Below are positions 31,542 to 41,384 of a stretch of DNA of 64,000 bases, piece after piece; the first letter of the stretch is position 1, and each line of letters starts with the position of its first letter. The stretch comes from a virus. A model generated the notes under the pieces. It was given only the letters and a program-made list of their open reading frames with translations, was not told the origin of the DNA and did not search any database. The stretch covers positions 102,451-166,450 of IMG/VR virus record IMGVR_UViG_3300031251_000002; one strand, written 5' to 3'. The position numbers and the translations under genes are program-made.

Positions 31542-32491
31542 TGCCCGTAGATAGGAAGGCTCTAGCAAAGGCACAGGCAGAAGTGGACAACGCTCAAGGG
31601 GGCGTCAAGTTCTGGAAGACCAAGGAGGGGCGGAGCAAGTTCCGTCTCATCGTGGACTGGCCGGGAAACAACGGTGTCTACTTCCGTGATGTGGCCACCC
31701 ACTACAAGGTCGGTCCGGAGAAGAAGTCGATCACCTGCACCAAGATGACCTCCACGCTCGCCAAGCAGAGCGGCAAGGAGTGCTATCTGTGCGACAAGGT
31801 TCTGGAGTTGATGTCCAGTGAGGACGAGAGCGCTCAGGCAGCAGGTAAGGAGCTTCGCGCTACGACCCGCTACCTGATGAACATCTTCGTTCGCAACACG
31901 GGGACCGAAGGTGGGGGACTCAAGATCGGGCAGTTCCCGCGCACGGTTCACGAAGCCATCTACGAGTTCGTCTTCAATCCGGAGGATCACGGCGAGATCA
32001 CGGATCTCATCGAGGGCAACGACATCATCGTGGAGCGCAAGGGGTCTGGACTGGACACGAAGTACAAGGTGTCGCTGGCCAAGATCGCTTCCCCGCTCAG
32101 CACGAACGAGCGGGAGATCAAGCAGGTTCTGGAACAGGCCGTTGATCTCAACAGGTTCATCAACTTCACTGACGAAGAGACGATGCGGGCTGCGTTCGGT
32201 GGTGACGACGAAGAGGAAGAGGTCGCTAAGGAGCGCAAGCGCACTCCGGTAGCGGTTGATGACGATGAGGACGAGACTCCCGCTGAGGGGGCGTCGGAAG
32301 ACGATGACGAGGAGCCGACCCCGCCGGTCAAGAAAAAGAAGAAGCCCGCCCCGGCTCCAGTCGATGATGATGACGATGAGGCATCTGAAGACTCGGATGA
32401 CGAAGATGAGGACGACCCCCCGGTGAAGAAGGCTAAGGCTGCTCCCGCAACGGCTACGCTCGCCGGTTTGCGGTCTCGATTGGGGCGGTAA
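31538..32491 (+). CDS. Single-stranded DNA-binding protein (gp32-like)
   Basis: H...C...CYLC zinc ligands; GNDIIVERKGSGLDTKY; long acidic tail. Confidence 0.8.
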   Translation: MMPVDRKALAKAQAEVDNAQGGVKFWKTKEGRSKFRLIVDWPGNNGVYFRDVATHYKVGPEKKSITCTKMTSTLAKQSGKECYLCDKVLELMSSEDESAQAAGKELRATTRYLMNIFVRNTGTEGGGLKIGQFPRTVHEAIYEFVFNPEDHGEITDLIEGNDIIVERKGSGLDTKYKVSLAKIASPLSTNEREIKQVLEQAVDLNRFINFTDEETMRAAFGGDDEEEEVAKERKRTPVAVDDDEDETPAEGASEDDDEEPTPPVKKKKKPAPAPVDDDDDEASEDSDDEDEDDPPVKKAKAAPATATLAGLRSRLGR

Positions 32492-32559
32492 TCCCGTACC
32501 GGCCTGATCCTAGGTTTGCCGGTTCCTAACAAAAACCGGCGCTTTAATTTGGAGGAGCA

Positions 32560-33651
32560 GTGGCGAAGAAGGCGAAAGCTGTATCTGTTGACCTGAAGAA
32601 GATCCTCAAGGCGATGCAGGGGGACTTCTCCGACACGCTTGGAATGCTGGGTGACGGTGACGGACCTACCTCCCTCGCACCGAGCCGCATCCCTACGGGA
32701 GCTATCAATCTGGATTGGGCTACGGGAGGCGGGATTCCGACTGGCCGGATCGTGGAACTGTACTCGCGCAAGGAGTCGGAGGGAAAGTCCACACTCGCCT
32801 GTACGGTCATGAAGGAAGCCCAGAAGATGGGCGCGATGTGCTTGTACCTCGACCCGGAGCGGTCTTCGCTGGCTACCCGTCTGATCAAGCTTGGTCTGGA
32901 CAAGGCTAACCTCGCGTACGGCCAGCCTACGTCCGTTGAGAATTCGTTCGGCATGGCGGATAGCTTCATCAAGAAGACGCGGGACGCAGGTCACAAGGGC
33001 CACATCGTTGTTGTCCTTGACTCGATTGCGGCCATGGACACGGAGCAGCAGCTTGAAGCGGATAAGCAGCAGGTTGCCTCTTTGGCTCGCGCCATGTCAT
33101 CGAATCTCAAACCCCTGAACAAGACTGTCGCTGACTACGATGCAGTCTTTCTGGCTACGAATCAGGTCCGTCAGAACATCGGTGTCCGCTACGGCGAGAC
33201 GCTGATCACTCCCGGCGGTATGGCGCTGAAGTTCTACTCCTCGATGCGGATCGAGCTTCGACGGCTGAGCAAAATCTACGACACGGCCAAGGGCGACAAG
33301 ACGCAGATTGGGATCGAGGTTCGGGCCACGATCAAGAAGTCCAAAGTCGGCATGCCGTTCCTCGCGGCGGATATCAACGTCATGTTCGCAACCGGGATTG
33401 ATCCGGCTGCGGCTGCATTCAACTTCGCGCTCCAGCGGCACCTGATTACCAAAGAAGGCAATAGCTTCATCTTCAAGGGAATGAAGAAGACGTTTGTCCG
33501 CGCCAAGTTTGGTGAGTACCTCGCTGAACATCCGGAGCTTGAGTCGAAGATTTACGCTGAACTGGACACGGCGCTGACTGAGGTTACCAACGTCTCCCTT
33601 GAGACCGGTGAGGACGACGAAGAGGAGACTTCAGAGGTGGGCGATGAGTAA
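32560..33651 (+). CDS. recA: RecA/UvsX recombinase
   Basis: IPTG..LDWATGGGIPTGRIVELY...GKST; LDSIAA; TNQVR; TPGGMALKFYSSMRI. Confidence 0.95.
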   Translation: MAKKAKAVSVDLKKILKAMQGDFSDTLGMLGDGDGPTSLAPSRIPTGAINLDWATGGGIPTGRIVELYSRKESEGKSTLACTVMKEAQKMGAMCLYLDPERSSLATRLIKLGLDKANLAYGQPTSVENSFGMADSFIKKTRDAGHKGHIVVVLDSIAAMDTEQQLEADKQQVASLARAMSSNLKPLNKTVADYDAVFLATNQVRQNIGVRYGETLITPGGMALKFYSSMRIELRRLSKIYDTAKGDKTQIGIEVRATIKKSKVGMPFLAADINVMFATGIDPAAAAFNFALQRHLITKEGNSFIFKGMKKTFVRAKFGEYLAEHPELESKIYAELDTALTEVTNVSLETGEDDEEETSEVGDE

Positions 33652-34060
33652 ATGGTATGAGACCACTGATGATCGTGGGCGAGAAAAGGCTTTTGTAAAG
33701 AAGATCGAAGAACGCTGTGCAGCGAAACTGGAACGCATCGGTGGACGCGAGTATGGGAACTATTGGGTGCGTGATGAAAAGGGATGCATTGCGATTGCAG
33801 ATGTTAGAACACGCACCTGTAGCGTCTCCAAGTTCGGAACCCTGATAGTTAATCAAGATCGCTTTGAGCGGGTGAACGCTCTTGCCGACAAACAATCAGT
33901 GCCATACCTTATATTTTGTCGCTGGAAAGACTTCGACGGCTTCTATCGGACTAAGCGAGAGGACTTGATGTCAAGTTTGGGAGGGCGATTCGACAGAAAC
34001 GACGAAAAAGACTACTGTCCAGTATACAAAATCAGTATCAAGAAGTTTGAAAGGGTATGA
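33644..34060 (+). CDS. Putative degenerate PD-(D/E)XK-fold protein
   Basis: Start at ATG 33644, overlapping the recA end; IAIADVRTR where an E-x-K motif would be expected. Confidence 0.4.
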   Translation: MSKWYETTDDRGREKAFVKKIEERCAAKLERIGGREYGNYWVRDEKGCIAIADVRTRTCSVSKFGTLIVNQDRFERVNALADKQSVPYLIFCRWKDFDGFYRTKREDLMSSLGGRFDRNDEKDYCPVYKISIKKFERV

Positions 34061-34520
34061 AGTGGCTACTCTCCTAGGAGAAGCGATGAAACGAAGAAAC
34101 TTCTGGGCTAAAGTGGATGTTCGTGGTCCAGAAGAGTGTTGGCCGTGGAAACGCGCCACCACAAAGGGATACGGGGTTATTCGTTTCAAAGGTAGAAACC
34201 AATATGCTCATCGTGTTGCTTGGGAGTTCACACGGGAGTTAGAGAACGGTTCCATTCCGTCTAACATGTTTGTTTGTCATAAGTGTGACAACCCGCCGTG
34301 CTGTAATCCGGCTCATTTGTTTCTAGGTACTCACGCCGAAAATCTTAAAGACGCCGCCGAGAAGAAACGTTTCACTAATCGGCCAAACCGTAAGTTAACC
34401 TATACGCAGAGAGAGAAGATTAGAAAACGCTACCGCACTGGAAAGTGGACACAGGAAAGACTCGCGGAAGAGTATCAAGTGAGCCGTACCTTGATAGAAC
34501 GAGTTGTTAATGAGTGCTAA
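34047..34520 (+). CDS. HNH homing endonuclease
   Basis: FWAKVD...CWPW...GYG...AHRVAW...CHKCDNPPCCNPAHLFLGTHAEN with a C-terminal HTH. Confidence 0.92.
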   Translation: MKGYEVATLLGEAMKRRNFWAKVDVRGPEECWPWKRATTKGYGVIRFKGRNQYAHRVAWEFTRELENGSIPSNMFVCHKCDNPPCCNPAHLFLGTHAENLKDAAEKKRFTNRPNRKLTYTQREKIRKRYRTGKWTQERLAEEYQVSRTLIERVVNEC

Positions 34521-35682
34521 TTCATGCTTGGTGATATCAGATTCTCACTATCACAACTTCCCGTCCTTTGGGGGGCAGCGGATCCCGGAAGGAACAGCGA
34601 TTCAGGACGAGCAGTCCGGGGACTCGCGCTTTCCGGGTTGCAACCAGAGGGCGGTGCGCCTCTTCAACGCGACTGAGCGGGCGTTCGCGTACGCCAAGAA
34701 GAGGGACATCAAGACGGTCTTCCATCTGGGCGACATGTTCCACACGAAGGCCAACGTCCCTCTTGCCGTCCTGAACGGCGCTACCAAGGTTTTCCTGAGC
34801 GGTCGAGCGATGGGCCTGAACTTCTACGCCCTACCCGGTAATCACGACTACGCCGGGAAGTCGCCGCGTTGGACGACCCTGCACACGCTGTTTCCCATGT
34901 ACGACCTGAAGACGAGTCAGGCACCGGACCTTCGCCTGATTACTATCGGGGAGTACGTTCTCGCGGCAGTCATGGTGCCGTACATGTCTTCCAAGGCGTC
35001 GATTCTAGAGGCCCTGTCTGACTTGTGCCCGCGAGTCGCCGCTGCTCTGGAAGACGGCTCAGCAACCCACTCGGCGCTGTTCATGCACACCTCCGTTGAC
35101 GGGGCGACTGTAGGCCCGCATGAGTACGTCATGCGCGAAGGCTTGAAGATGAGCGAGATTCCGTTCGCGTACTTCAACACCGTGATCTCGGGGCACTACC
35201 ATAAGCATCAGCGAATGCTGCGCGGGGAAGACGAGTTCATCTATGCCGGTGCGATTGCTCAGCACAACTTCGGGGAGCGGGACTACACGCCCGGTTACCT
35301 CCGTCTCGACCTGACTCCAGAGGGCATTGATGTGGTTCAGGTCGAGAACAAGAAGACGCCCCGCTTTCATTCGTTGGTCTGCACGACCCGCGAGGAACTA
35401 GAGGCTGTCGCTGAGGAACTGAAGACGGCTGAGACCCCGGACTACGTACACATTGACTGGCAGGGCGATGTGTATCCTAATGATGTTGAGCTTCCTGAAG
35501 AGTGGGTCATTGTCGAGAAGGCTCATACCAGTGCGCTGGTCAAGCCGAGAATCGAAGTCAGCTTAACGAAGGATACGCCAGAGACACTGGTGGACAAGTA
35601 CGTTGCTATGACAGCCGACCCGGAAGATTACAAAAACTTCGTTGATCTTGGACTGGAGATCATCCATGGCGGGGACGAATGA
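34510..35682 (+). CDS. SbcD/Mre11-like metallophosphoesterase nuclease
   Basis: ISDSH, LGDMFH, PGNHD and SGHYH motifs. Confidence 0.92.
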   Translation: MSANSCLVISDSHYHNFPSFGGQRIPEGTAIQDEQSGDSRFPGCNQRAVRLFNATERAFAYAKKRDIKTVFHLGDMFHTKANVPLAVLNGATKVFLSGRAMGLNFYALPGNHDYAGKSPRWTTLHTLFPMYDLKTSQAPDLRLITIGEYVLAAVMVPYMSSKASILEALSDLCPRVAAALEDGSATHSALFMHTSVDGATVGPHEYVMREGLKMSEIPFAYFNTVISGHYHKHQRMLRGEDEFIYAGAIAQHNFGERDYTPGYLRLDLTPEGIDVVQVENKKTPRFHSLVCTTREELEAVAEELKTAETPDYVHIDWQGDVYPNDVELPEEWVIVEKAHTSALVKPRIEVSLTKDTPETLVDKYVAMTADPEDYKNFVDLGLEIIHGGDE

Positions 35683-37526
35683 TTAGTTTCAGCAGCTTGA
35701 CGATCAAGAACTTCTTCTCCGTCGAACAGGCATACCTGCCGTTGGACGTTAACGGGACTGTTCTCGTTACTGGCGAGGTGCGTGGAAAAGCCTCTGCCTT
35801 CTCCAGCAACGGGGCCGGAAAGACAACGCTTTTCAATGCGCTAGTGTGGGGCCTGTTTGGTCGCACGATTCGTGATCTTCCTGAGGACGAGAATGTGATC
35901 CGTCTCGGGACGGACGAAGCATCGGTTACAGTCGAACTGCTGGTCAATGACGAACGCTTCTCCATCCAGCGCTCCCGGCGGCGTGGCAAGCCGTCGAAGC
36001 TGCGGGTTCTGAACGAGGCGGGCGAGGATGTCATCGTCGGCTCCTCTGTTGTTCAGATGTCCCGGTTTCTGGAAGACCGGATACTGCACTGCTCCTTTGA
36101 TGCGTTCTGTAACACAGTGTATTTCCCGCAAGGCAGCTTCACGTTCTTTACTCAGGCGAACGATGTCGAGCGGAAGAAGATTTTTGATCGCCTCCTCGGG
36201 ACAGCCGAATTCGTGGACTGGGAGAAACGGGCGAAGACGCTCAAGGTTACTTACGAGAACGCCTTGGACAACGCGGCTGCGACCCGCAAGCTTCACCAGT
36301 CCGTGATGGAACGAGACATCTATGATCGTGATCGCATTCCGGGTGCTGAGCAGGAGCTAGCGCGACGGCGTAAGAACGAACTGGAAAACCTCGGTCTTGA
36401 GGCCGTCTCTCCCGCTGCCGTACAGGCGAGTCTAGCCAAAGCGCGGAAGCAGGAGAAGGCTGCGCGAGCGGCTCTAGAGGCTGGTAGTGCCCAGATGGCG
36501 TCTAGGACGGCTCTGGAAGCCCGTCTGAACGATTTGAAGGCCCAGCAGAGCGCTGCGCGGGATACCTACAACAAGGTCTACAACAAGCTGACAGCCGTTA
36601 AGGCGCTGGCCGAAGCCGGTAACTGTCCAACCTGCTTTCAGGACATCTCCCCCGGTCGGAGTAAGACGGCTGTGAAAGAGTTTCTAGTAGATGTTACCGC
36701 TCGGAAGACGGAGTTGGATGCGATTGAAGCGAAAGTGGCTGAGATCGTGTTACCAGAGCGGGTTCGGGTCGGTGATCTCCGCGACGACCTGAAGCAGATT
36801 GAGGCCAAGGTCAAGGATTTGGAAGACGAGCTTGAGGCCATCAAGACTCAGGCGACTGATTACGAGAAGGCACAGGCCGTGGTCGAGGCTCGCTATCAGG
36901 AAGGCTTGGCGAACTTTCAAGCGCGGACGGCAGCGCTGAACGAGAGGATTGAGTCCGCTCAGGAACTGATTGCTGGGTATGACAAAGAGATCGCGGAATT
37001 GACCGCCTCTGTCCGTCAAGCAGCATTCTGGATTACGGGGTTCGGGCCGAAGGGGATCCGCTCCCTGATCTTTGAGAACATCATGCCGTACCTGAATGAG
37101 CGAGCTAACCACTACAGCAGCATCCTGACGGACGGGACTATCGAGATCAACATCAGTGCGACCTCCAAGCTCAAGAGCGGGGATGAGCGGGAGAAGATTT
37201 TCGTCTCTGCCGTCAACTCTGACGGTGCCTCCGTCTACGAAGGCAACTCGGGTGGCGAGCGCAAGCGGGTTGATCTCTGCATCCTTCTGGCGCTTCAGGA
37301 TCTCATCCTCAACCGCAGTCAGGGGTCTATCCGTCTTTCCGTCTATGACGAGCTTCTGGACGAACTGGACGAAGAGGGCATCGAGCGGGTTGTCGAGCTT
37401 CTCAAGGAGCGCGGGCAGAACCAGCCGGTGTTCCTGATTAGCCACAACGCTGCACTTAAGGGGTTCTTTGAGGACACGATGGTGGTTGTCAAGAGGAACG
37501 GTATCTCCAAAATCGAATCAGCTTAA
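35679..37526 (+). CDS. SbcC/Rad50-like ATPase
   Basis: SNGAGKT, coiled coil with a CPTC zinc hook, SGGE signature, YDELLDELD, ISH. Confidence 0.93.
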   Translation: MISFSSLTIKNFFSVEQAYLPLDVNGTVLVTGEVRGKASAFSSNGAGKTTLFNALVWGLFGRTIRDLPEDENVIRLGTDEASVTVELLVNDERFSIQRSRRRGKPSKLRVLNEAGEDVIVGSSVVQMSRFLEDRILHCSFDAFCNTVYFPQGSFTFFTQANDVERKKIFDRLLGTAEFVDWEKRAKTLKVTYENALDNAAATRKLHQSVMERDIYDRDRIPGAEQELARRRKNELENLGLEAVSPAAVQASLAKARKQEKAARAALEAGSAQMASRTALEARLNDLKAQQSAARDTYNKVYNKLTAVKALAEAGNCPTCFQDISPGRSKTAVKEFLVDVTARKTELDAIEAKVAEIVLPERVRVGDLRDDLKQIEAKVKDLEDELEAIKTQATDYEKAQAVVEARYQEGLANFQARTAALNERIESAQELIAGYDKEIAELTASVRQAAFWITGFGPKGIRSLIFENIMPYLNERANHYSSILTDGTIEINISATSKLKSGDEREKIFVSAVNSDGASVYEGNSGGERKRVDLCILLALQDLILNRSQGSIRLSVYDELLDELDEEGIERVVELLKERGQNQPVFLISHNAALKGFFEDTMVVVKRNGISKIESA

Positions 37527-37580
37527 GTTTTCAGAGAAATTGATGGGCTATCTGTTAGATAAATAGATAGTTACCTCGTA

Positions 37581-38315
37581 ATGACTGTAACAAACACCTG
37601 TAAGCGATGTGAAACTCCAATCCCAAGGCGCAAGCAGTTCTGTAAAGATTGCTACCGGGGTGGCTCCGCAAAGCCATTAAAGACTTGCGCTCGCTGTACA
37701 AAGCAGTTCCGAGGACGCCCTAACACCAAGTATTGTTCTGCGTTCTGTCGAAACGAACAGAACATCCTCGATAAGCTGGCGCGGTCTGGAACCGAGATTG
37801 TCACAGAAAAGACTTGCTCATCGTGTAAAGTAACAAAGCCCGCCTTCAAATTCGTCCCAAGCGGTTACTCCAAAGACGGTATTCGTTCGCGTTGTCGTGA
37901 TTGCGATAAAGAGAAAAATCGCAAGTGGCGAGAGATTACTCCAGACTATAAAGAGCGGGCTAGAGAAAATAACCTGCAAAGAAATTTCGGAATCTCTGTA
38001 GCCGAATACGAAGCGCTTTTGAAGTTTCAAGGAAATGCTTGTGCCATCTGTGGCTCCCCGCCCCCAGAAGAGGGAAAGAAGAGGTTTGCGGTAGATCATG
38101 ATCACGCTACTGGTGAGATCCGTGGTCTCGCATGCCTTATTAAGTGCAATAAGCTAATGATTGGTTACCATACCGTAGAAACAGCTAAGCGAGTTTTGGC
38201 ATATCTGGAGAACCCGCCCGCACGGGATTTCTTTGGTGGTGTCAAAATCGCTGAACGCTCAAAAAATACTGGGCGCAGAAGAAATATAACGCTTCACCCC
38301 CTCCCGAAGCGTTAA
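37581..38315 (+). CDS. Endonuclease VII-family nuclease with N-terminal zinc fingers (probably homing)
   Basis: QGNACAICG...VDHDHATGEIRGLAC..CN; several CxxC pairs; lower GC. Confidence 0.88.
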   Translation: MTVTNTCKRCETPIPRRKQFCKDCYRGGSAKPLKTCARCTKQFRGRPNTKYCSAFCRNEQNILDKLARSGTEIVTEKTCSSCKVTKPAFKFVPSGYSKDGIRSRCRDCDKEKNRKWREITPDYKERARENNLQRNFGISVAEYEALLKFQGNACAICGSPPPEEGKKRFAVDHDHATGEIRGLACLIKCNKLMIGYHTVETAKRVLAYLENPPARDFFGGVKIAERSKNTGRRRNITLHPLPKR

Positions 38316-38333
38316 CCCGATCAGGAGATCCCC

Positions 38334-38915
38334 GTGACAGAAGAAGTCTTCATCCCACCCGTTGGCACCCTAGTTCTCTGCGACACCCAGCAGCTTTTCT
38401 TTGGTTGCCGAGACGCCTACGGTCCAACCATGCGTACTGACTTCAAGAAGCTCAAGGAGCTAATTGACGCGCAGCTAGCTGACGACCCACCTAACTCATG
38501 GGCTGATTACCAAGCCTATGTAATGGCGTACCAGAACTACAATGTTACTAACTTCACTTCGATGCTGAAGCACTTCAACTACAGCATCAAGAAGAAGGAT
38601 GTCGCCACGTACGAGTCTGGTCGAAACACCAAGGAGCATTCCTGCTCGACCGAGATCATCGCAGACGCCGTGATCAAGCAGGACCGTTATCAGCGCTTCA
38701 TCTTCATTACGGGCGAAGGCGGCATCCTACACGCTGTCCGTACCCTGAAGGCTTCCAACAAGACGATCTGGGTAGTAGCCTTCCCCGGTAGCCTAAACCA
38801 GTCCTTGGCCGCAGAGGTTGACCGAACCCTGCTGCTCTCCGAAAACATAGTCTGGACTCCTGAGCGCGAGCGCACCATGGCGGCACAGCGACAGGCGGCA
38901 ACAGTGAATGAGTGA
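38334..38915 (+). CDS. NYN/LabA (PIN-like) domain protein, degenerate
   Basis: LCDTQQL...DFKKL...FIFITGEGGILHAVRTLK...SLNQSLAAEVD. Confidence 0.7.
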   Translation: MTEEVFIPPVGTLVLCDTQQLFFGCRDAYGPTMRTDFKKLKELIDAQLADDPPNSWADYQAYVMAYQNYNVTNFTSMLKHFNYSIKKKDVATYESGRNTKEHSCSTEIIADAVIKQDRYQRFIFITGEGGILHAVRTLKASNKTIWVVAFPGSLNQSLAAEVDRTLLLSENIVWTPERERTMAAQRQAATVNE

Positions 38916-39579
38916 GGAAACCCCACCCACAGAAGCGCTGTCGGAGCCAGAGAAGACTCGGATTCAGGCTCAGACACTGTACGTCTGTGGTTACTCACCG
39001 CTTGTCATTGCCAAGCGACTCGGGCTTAAGGTTGCTCAGATTGATTCATGGATCCGTCTGGGCCGGTGGGACCAGTCTCGGGAGAAGGCTCGTCGCGCAG
39101 TTGACAAGAAGATCCTTGCAACAGTCAAGAGCAATGCGGCAAGATTAGTAAGTGAACAGCTTGGTCAGCTACGGTGGATCCAAGCAAAGCTCTTTAACAA
39201 CCTACGTGGTTTGGATCGAAACGGTCGGCCTATTCTCGATGCAGACGGTAACCCGCTCGGAGAGCTAAACGTTCTCAACGCATTCGATGCCGTTCAACAT
39301 CTAATCAGTGCCAACCGGTTGACCAAAGACTGGCTGATGCAGGTTCTTCCGTCGATCAGTGAGGCGTTGCCGAACATTGACCCGGCAGACCTTCAGCTTG
39401 TTGCTCGTACGGATCGTCAGCCTCCTGCGGCTGAAGAAGAGCCACCAAACTCACACAGGACTCGCGCTAAGAAACGTGCGGCTGGGAAACGGTCACCAGC
39501 CGCTGAGAAGGTACTAGAAAAGACCGGTAAGATTTTGTCGTTCGACAAGGAGACAGGTAATGGACAGGAACGGAAGTAA
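38908..39579 (+). CDS. HTH DNA-binding protein (terminase-small-like N-terminus)
   Basis: LYVCGYSPLVIAKRLGLKVAQIDSWIRLGRWD. Confidence 0.55.
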   Translation: MSEETPPTEALSEPEKTRIQAQTLYVCGYSPLVIAKRLGLKVAQIDSWIRLGRWDQSREKARRAVDKKILATVKSNAARLVSEQLGQLRWIQAKLFNNLRGLDRNGRPILDADGNPLGELNVLNAFDAVQHLISANRLTKDWLMQVLPSISEALPNIDPADLQLVARTDRQPPAAEEEPPNSHRTRAKKRAAGKRSPAAEKVLEKTGKILSFDKETGNGQERK

Positions 39580-40129
39580 CGTAACAGGGTTTCGCACTCC
39601 CGCTGGCTCTAGTGACGCCACGCGAAAGCTACGACAGGAAGCGGAACGCCGAGTAACAGCCGGTGAGCTAGCCAAAAACTTCCTTGAGGTGCAGCGCGGG
39701 TTTGAGCGCATCAGCAGCGCACTCAATGACCGGACTGTACGCATCGAGGCACTCCTGAAGACTCTGTATGAAGCCGGGATTGTGCAGGAAACTGCCTTCA
39801 AGGCAAATCTCGGTGGGTTGAAGAAGATTCAACTGTTTGTTACCAACATCATCAGCGACTCCAAGCTGGACATGCTGGCCAAGGTCAAGTCAGTCGTTGA
39901 GTTCAACAAGAAACAGCCGGATGACTTCAAGATCAAGGACAGCTACTTCCCGGTCCGGAACTATCTGGTCCTGAATCCGGACAAGCTTTCGCTGGATGAG
40001 GTCGGTGAGATCGCGCTGGCCTTCGGCTTCACAGCGGAAGATGTAGACAAGATCATGGCTGACGCCAAGGTGGTTGAGGCCCAGAACGAAGAAGAGGTTC
40101 CGAGTGCTGAACAAGTCCCGGAGCCATAA
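39560..40129 (+). CDS. Hypothetical protein
   Basis: SD AGGAG, 189 aa. Confidence 0.6.
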   Translation: MDRNGSNVTGFRTPAGSSDATRKLRQEAERRVTAGELAKNFLEVQRGFERISSALNDRTVRIEALLKTLYEAGIVQETAFKANLGGLKKIQLFVTNIISDSKLDMLAKVKSVVEFNKKQPDDFKIKDSYFPVRNYLVLNPDKLSLDEVGEIALAFGFTAEDVDKIMADAKVVEAQNEEEVPSAEQVPEP

Positions 40130-40505
40130 CGTCTACCCGCATCGGCGCTGGACGGACGACGAGGCGAAGGACATCATCCGTCGATTTGGCGAGGCAATCG
40201 ACGCCATCCCGGAGCTACGGGAGGGGTGTCTGTACTTCATCGGTCTGTCCGTGCCGACAGATCAGGTCAGTGAAGACGACCAGCCGATTACCAGAACTGC
40301 CCACTACATGACCGGCCATCCCCATACGGCTGTTCTGGTCGGTAACGGCATGGCGACAGTTTACCCCATCCTCCTGAGCGAGATGGCTGGCTTTCTTGGG
40401 AAGCTGGCCATCGCCCCGGCGGTTATCCAGCTAGTCGAGGATCTGGAGGAGGAAGCTCCCCCGCTAATCACCATGCCAGAACTGAAGGGACAAAAGCCCA
40501 GTTGA
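40074..40505 (+). CDS. Hypothetical protein (start uncertain)
   Basis: The ORF fills the gap before the promoter at 40502. Confidence 0.5.
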   Translation: MRPRTKKRFRVLNKSRSHNVYPHRRWTDDEAKDIIRRFGEAIDAIPELREGCLYFIGLSVPTDQVSEDDQPITRTAHYMTGHPHTAVLVGNGMATVYPILLSEMAGFLGKLAIAPAVIQLVEDLEEEAPPLITMPELKGQKPS

Positions 40506-40530
40506 CATGTTCCCGGTAACCCTTTAAACT
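40502..40530 (+). promoter_or_regulatory. Sigma70-type promoter
   Basis: TTGACA-N17-TAAACT. Confidence 0.8.
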
Positions 40531-40573
40531 CCGAGACCCAAAGTAACAGGGGTTAGGCCCCAAAAGGAGTAAC

Positions 40574-41377
40574 ATGGCACGTAAGGCTAAGGAAACTGGG
40601 GGTCGAGGGGCGCAGATTGCGTTGGCTCGATTGACCCCGCAACTGGGAACAGCGACCTTCAACAAGGCTGCGCTGGATGGGATGGGCGGTCCCACCAAGG
40701 TCATCTTCTACGACCTTGGGAACGCCAAGGCTATCGTTCAGCCGTACCGCAAGACCGACTCCACGGTGTTCGATACCCTCAAGACCAAGAAGATCCTCGT
40801 AACGGGACGGCTCTTCTCCCTCTCCACCCGTAACGGTACGGCAGTATTCCGTACCCCGGCGTGGCTCAGGAAGCTGAAGGGCACCGTCGTTCACCAGCCC
40901 GTTGAAGGCATCAGCATCCGGGAGCTTCCGGAGTGTCTGTACTTCGACTTCGCCAAGGCGGCAACCACCTCCATGGAGTCGCTGTCGGCCATCGTTCAGG
41001 CGACCGGCAAGCAGACTTCGATCATCGAGACGTACGAGGACACCTTCCTCCGCATCCCGAAGAAGACCGGGGAGGTTGAGAAGCCGAAGGCGAAGAAGGC
41101 CAAGCCGGTGAAGGCTGCGAAGAAGGTCAAGGCTGCACCTGTGCAGGTTGAGGCCGAGGAGACGGAGACGGAAGAGGTCGAGACGCCCGCTCCTACTCCC
41201 AAGAAGAAGGTCGCTGCCCCTCCGGTAGCAATCAAGAAGGCCATCCCGGCGACTCTTACTACGTCCGAGGACGAAGATGAAGAGTGGACCGAGGAGGAGG
41301 CCGAAGAGGCGGCAGAGGAAGAGAAGGCCGTCCCTCCGGTAACAACGCGGGTCCGGTCCAGCCTTCGTAACAGGTAA
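40574..41377 (+). CDS. Protein with a Lys/Ala-rich and acidic low-complexity tail
   Basis: SD AGGAG; KPKAKKAKPVKAAKKVK followed by Glu-rich tracts. Confidence 0.7.
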   Translation: MARKAKETGGRGAQIALARLTPQLGTATFNKAALDGMGGPTKVIFYDLGNAKAIVQPYRKTDSTVFDTLKTKKILVTGRLFSLSTRNGTAVFRTPAWLRKLKGTVVHQPVEGISIRELPECLYFDFAKAATTSMESLSAIVQATGKQTSIIETYEDTFLRIPKKTGEVEKPKAKKAKPVKAAKKVKAAPVQVEAEETETEEVETPAPTPKKKVAAPPVAIKKAIPATLTTSEDEDEEWTEEEAEEAAEEEKAVPPVTTRVRSSLRNR

Positions 41378-41384
41378 TCAAAGT

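Noticed and set aside
32200-32420. GAC/GAT/GAG-rich low-complexity tract
   Set aside because: It is the ordinary acidic tail of the SSB protein.
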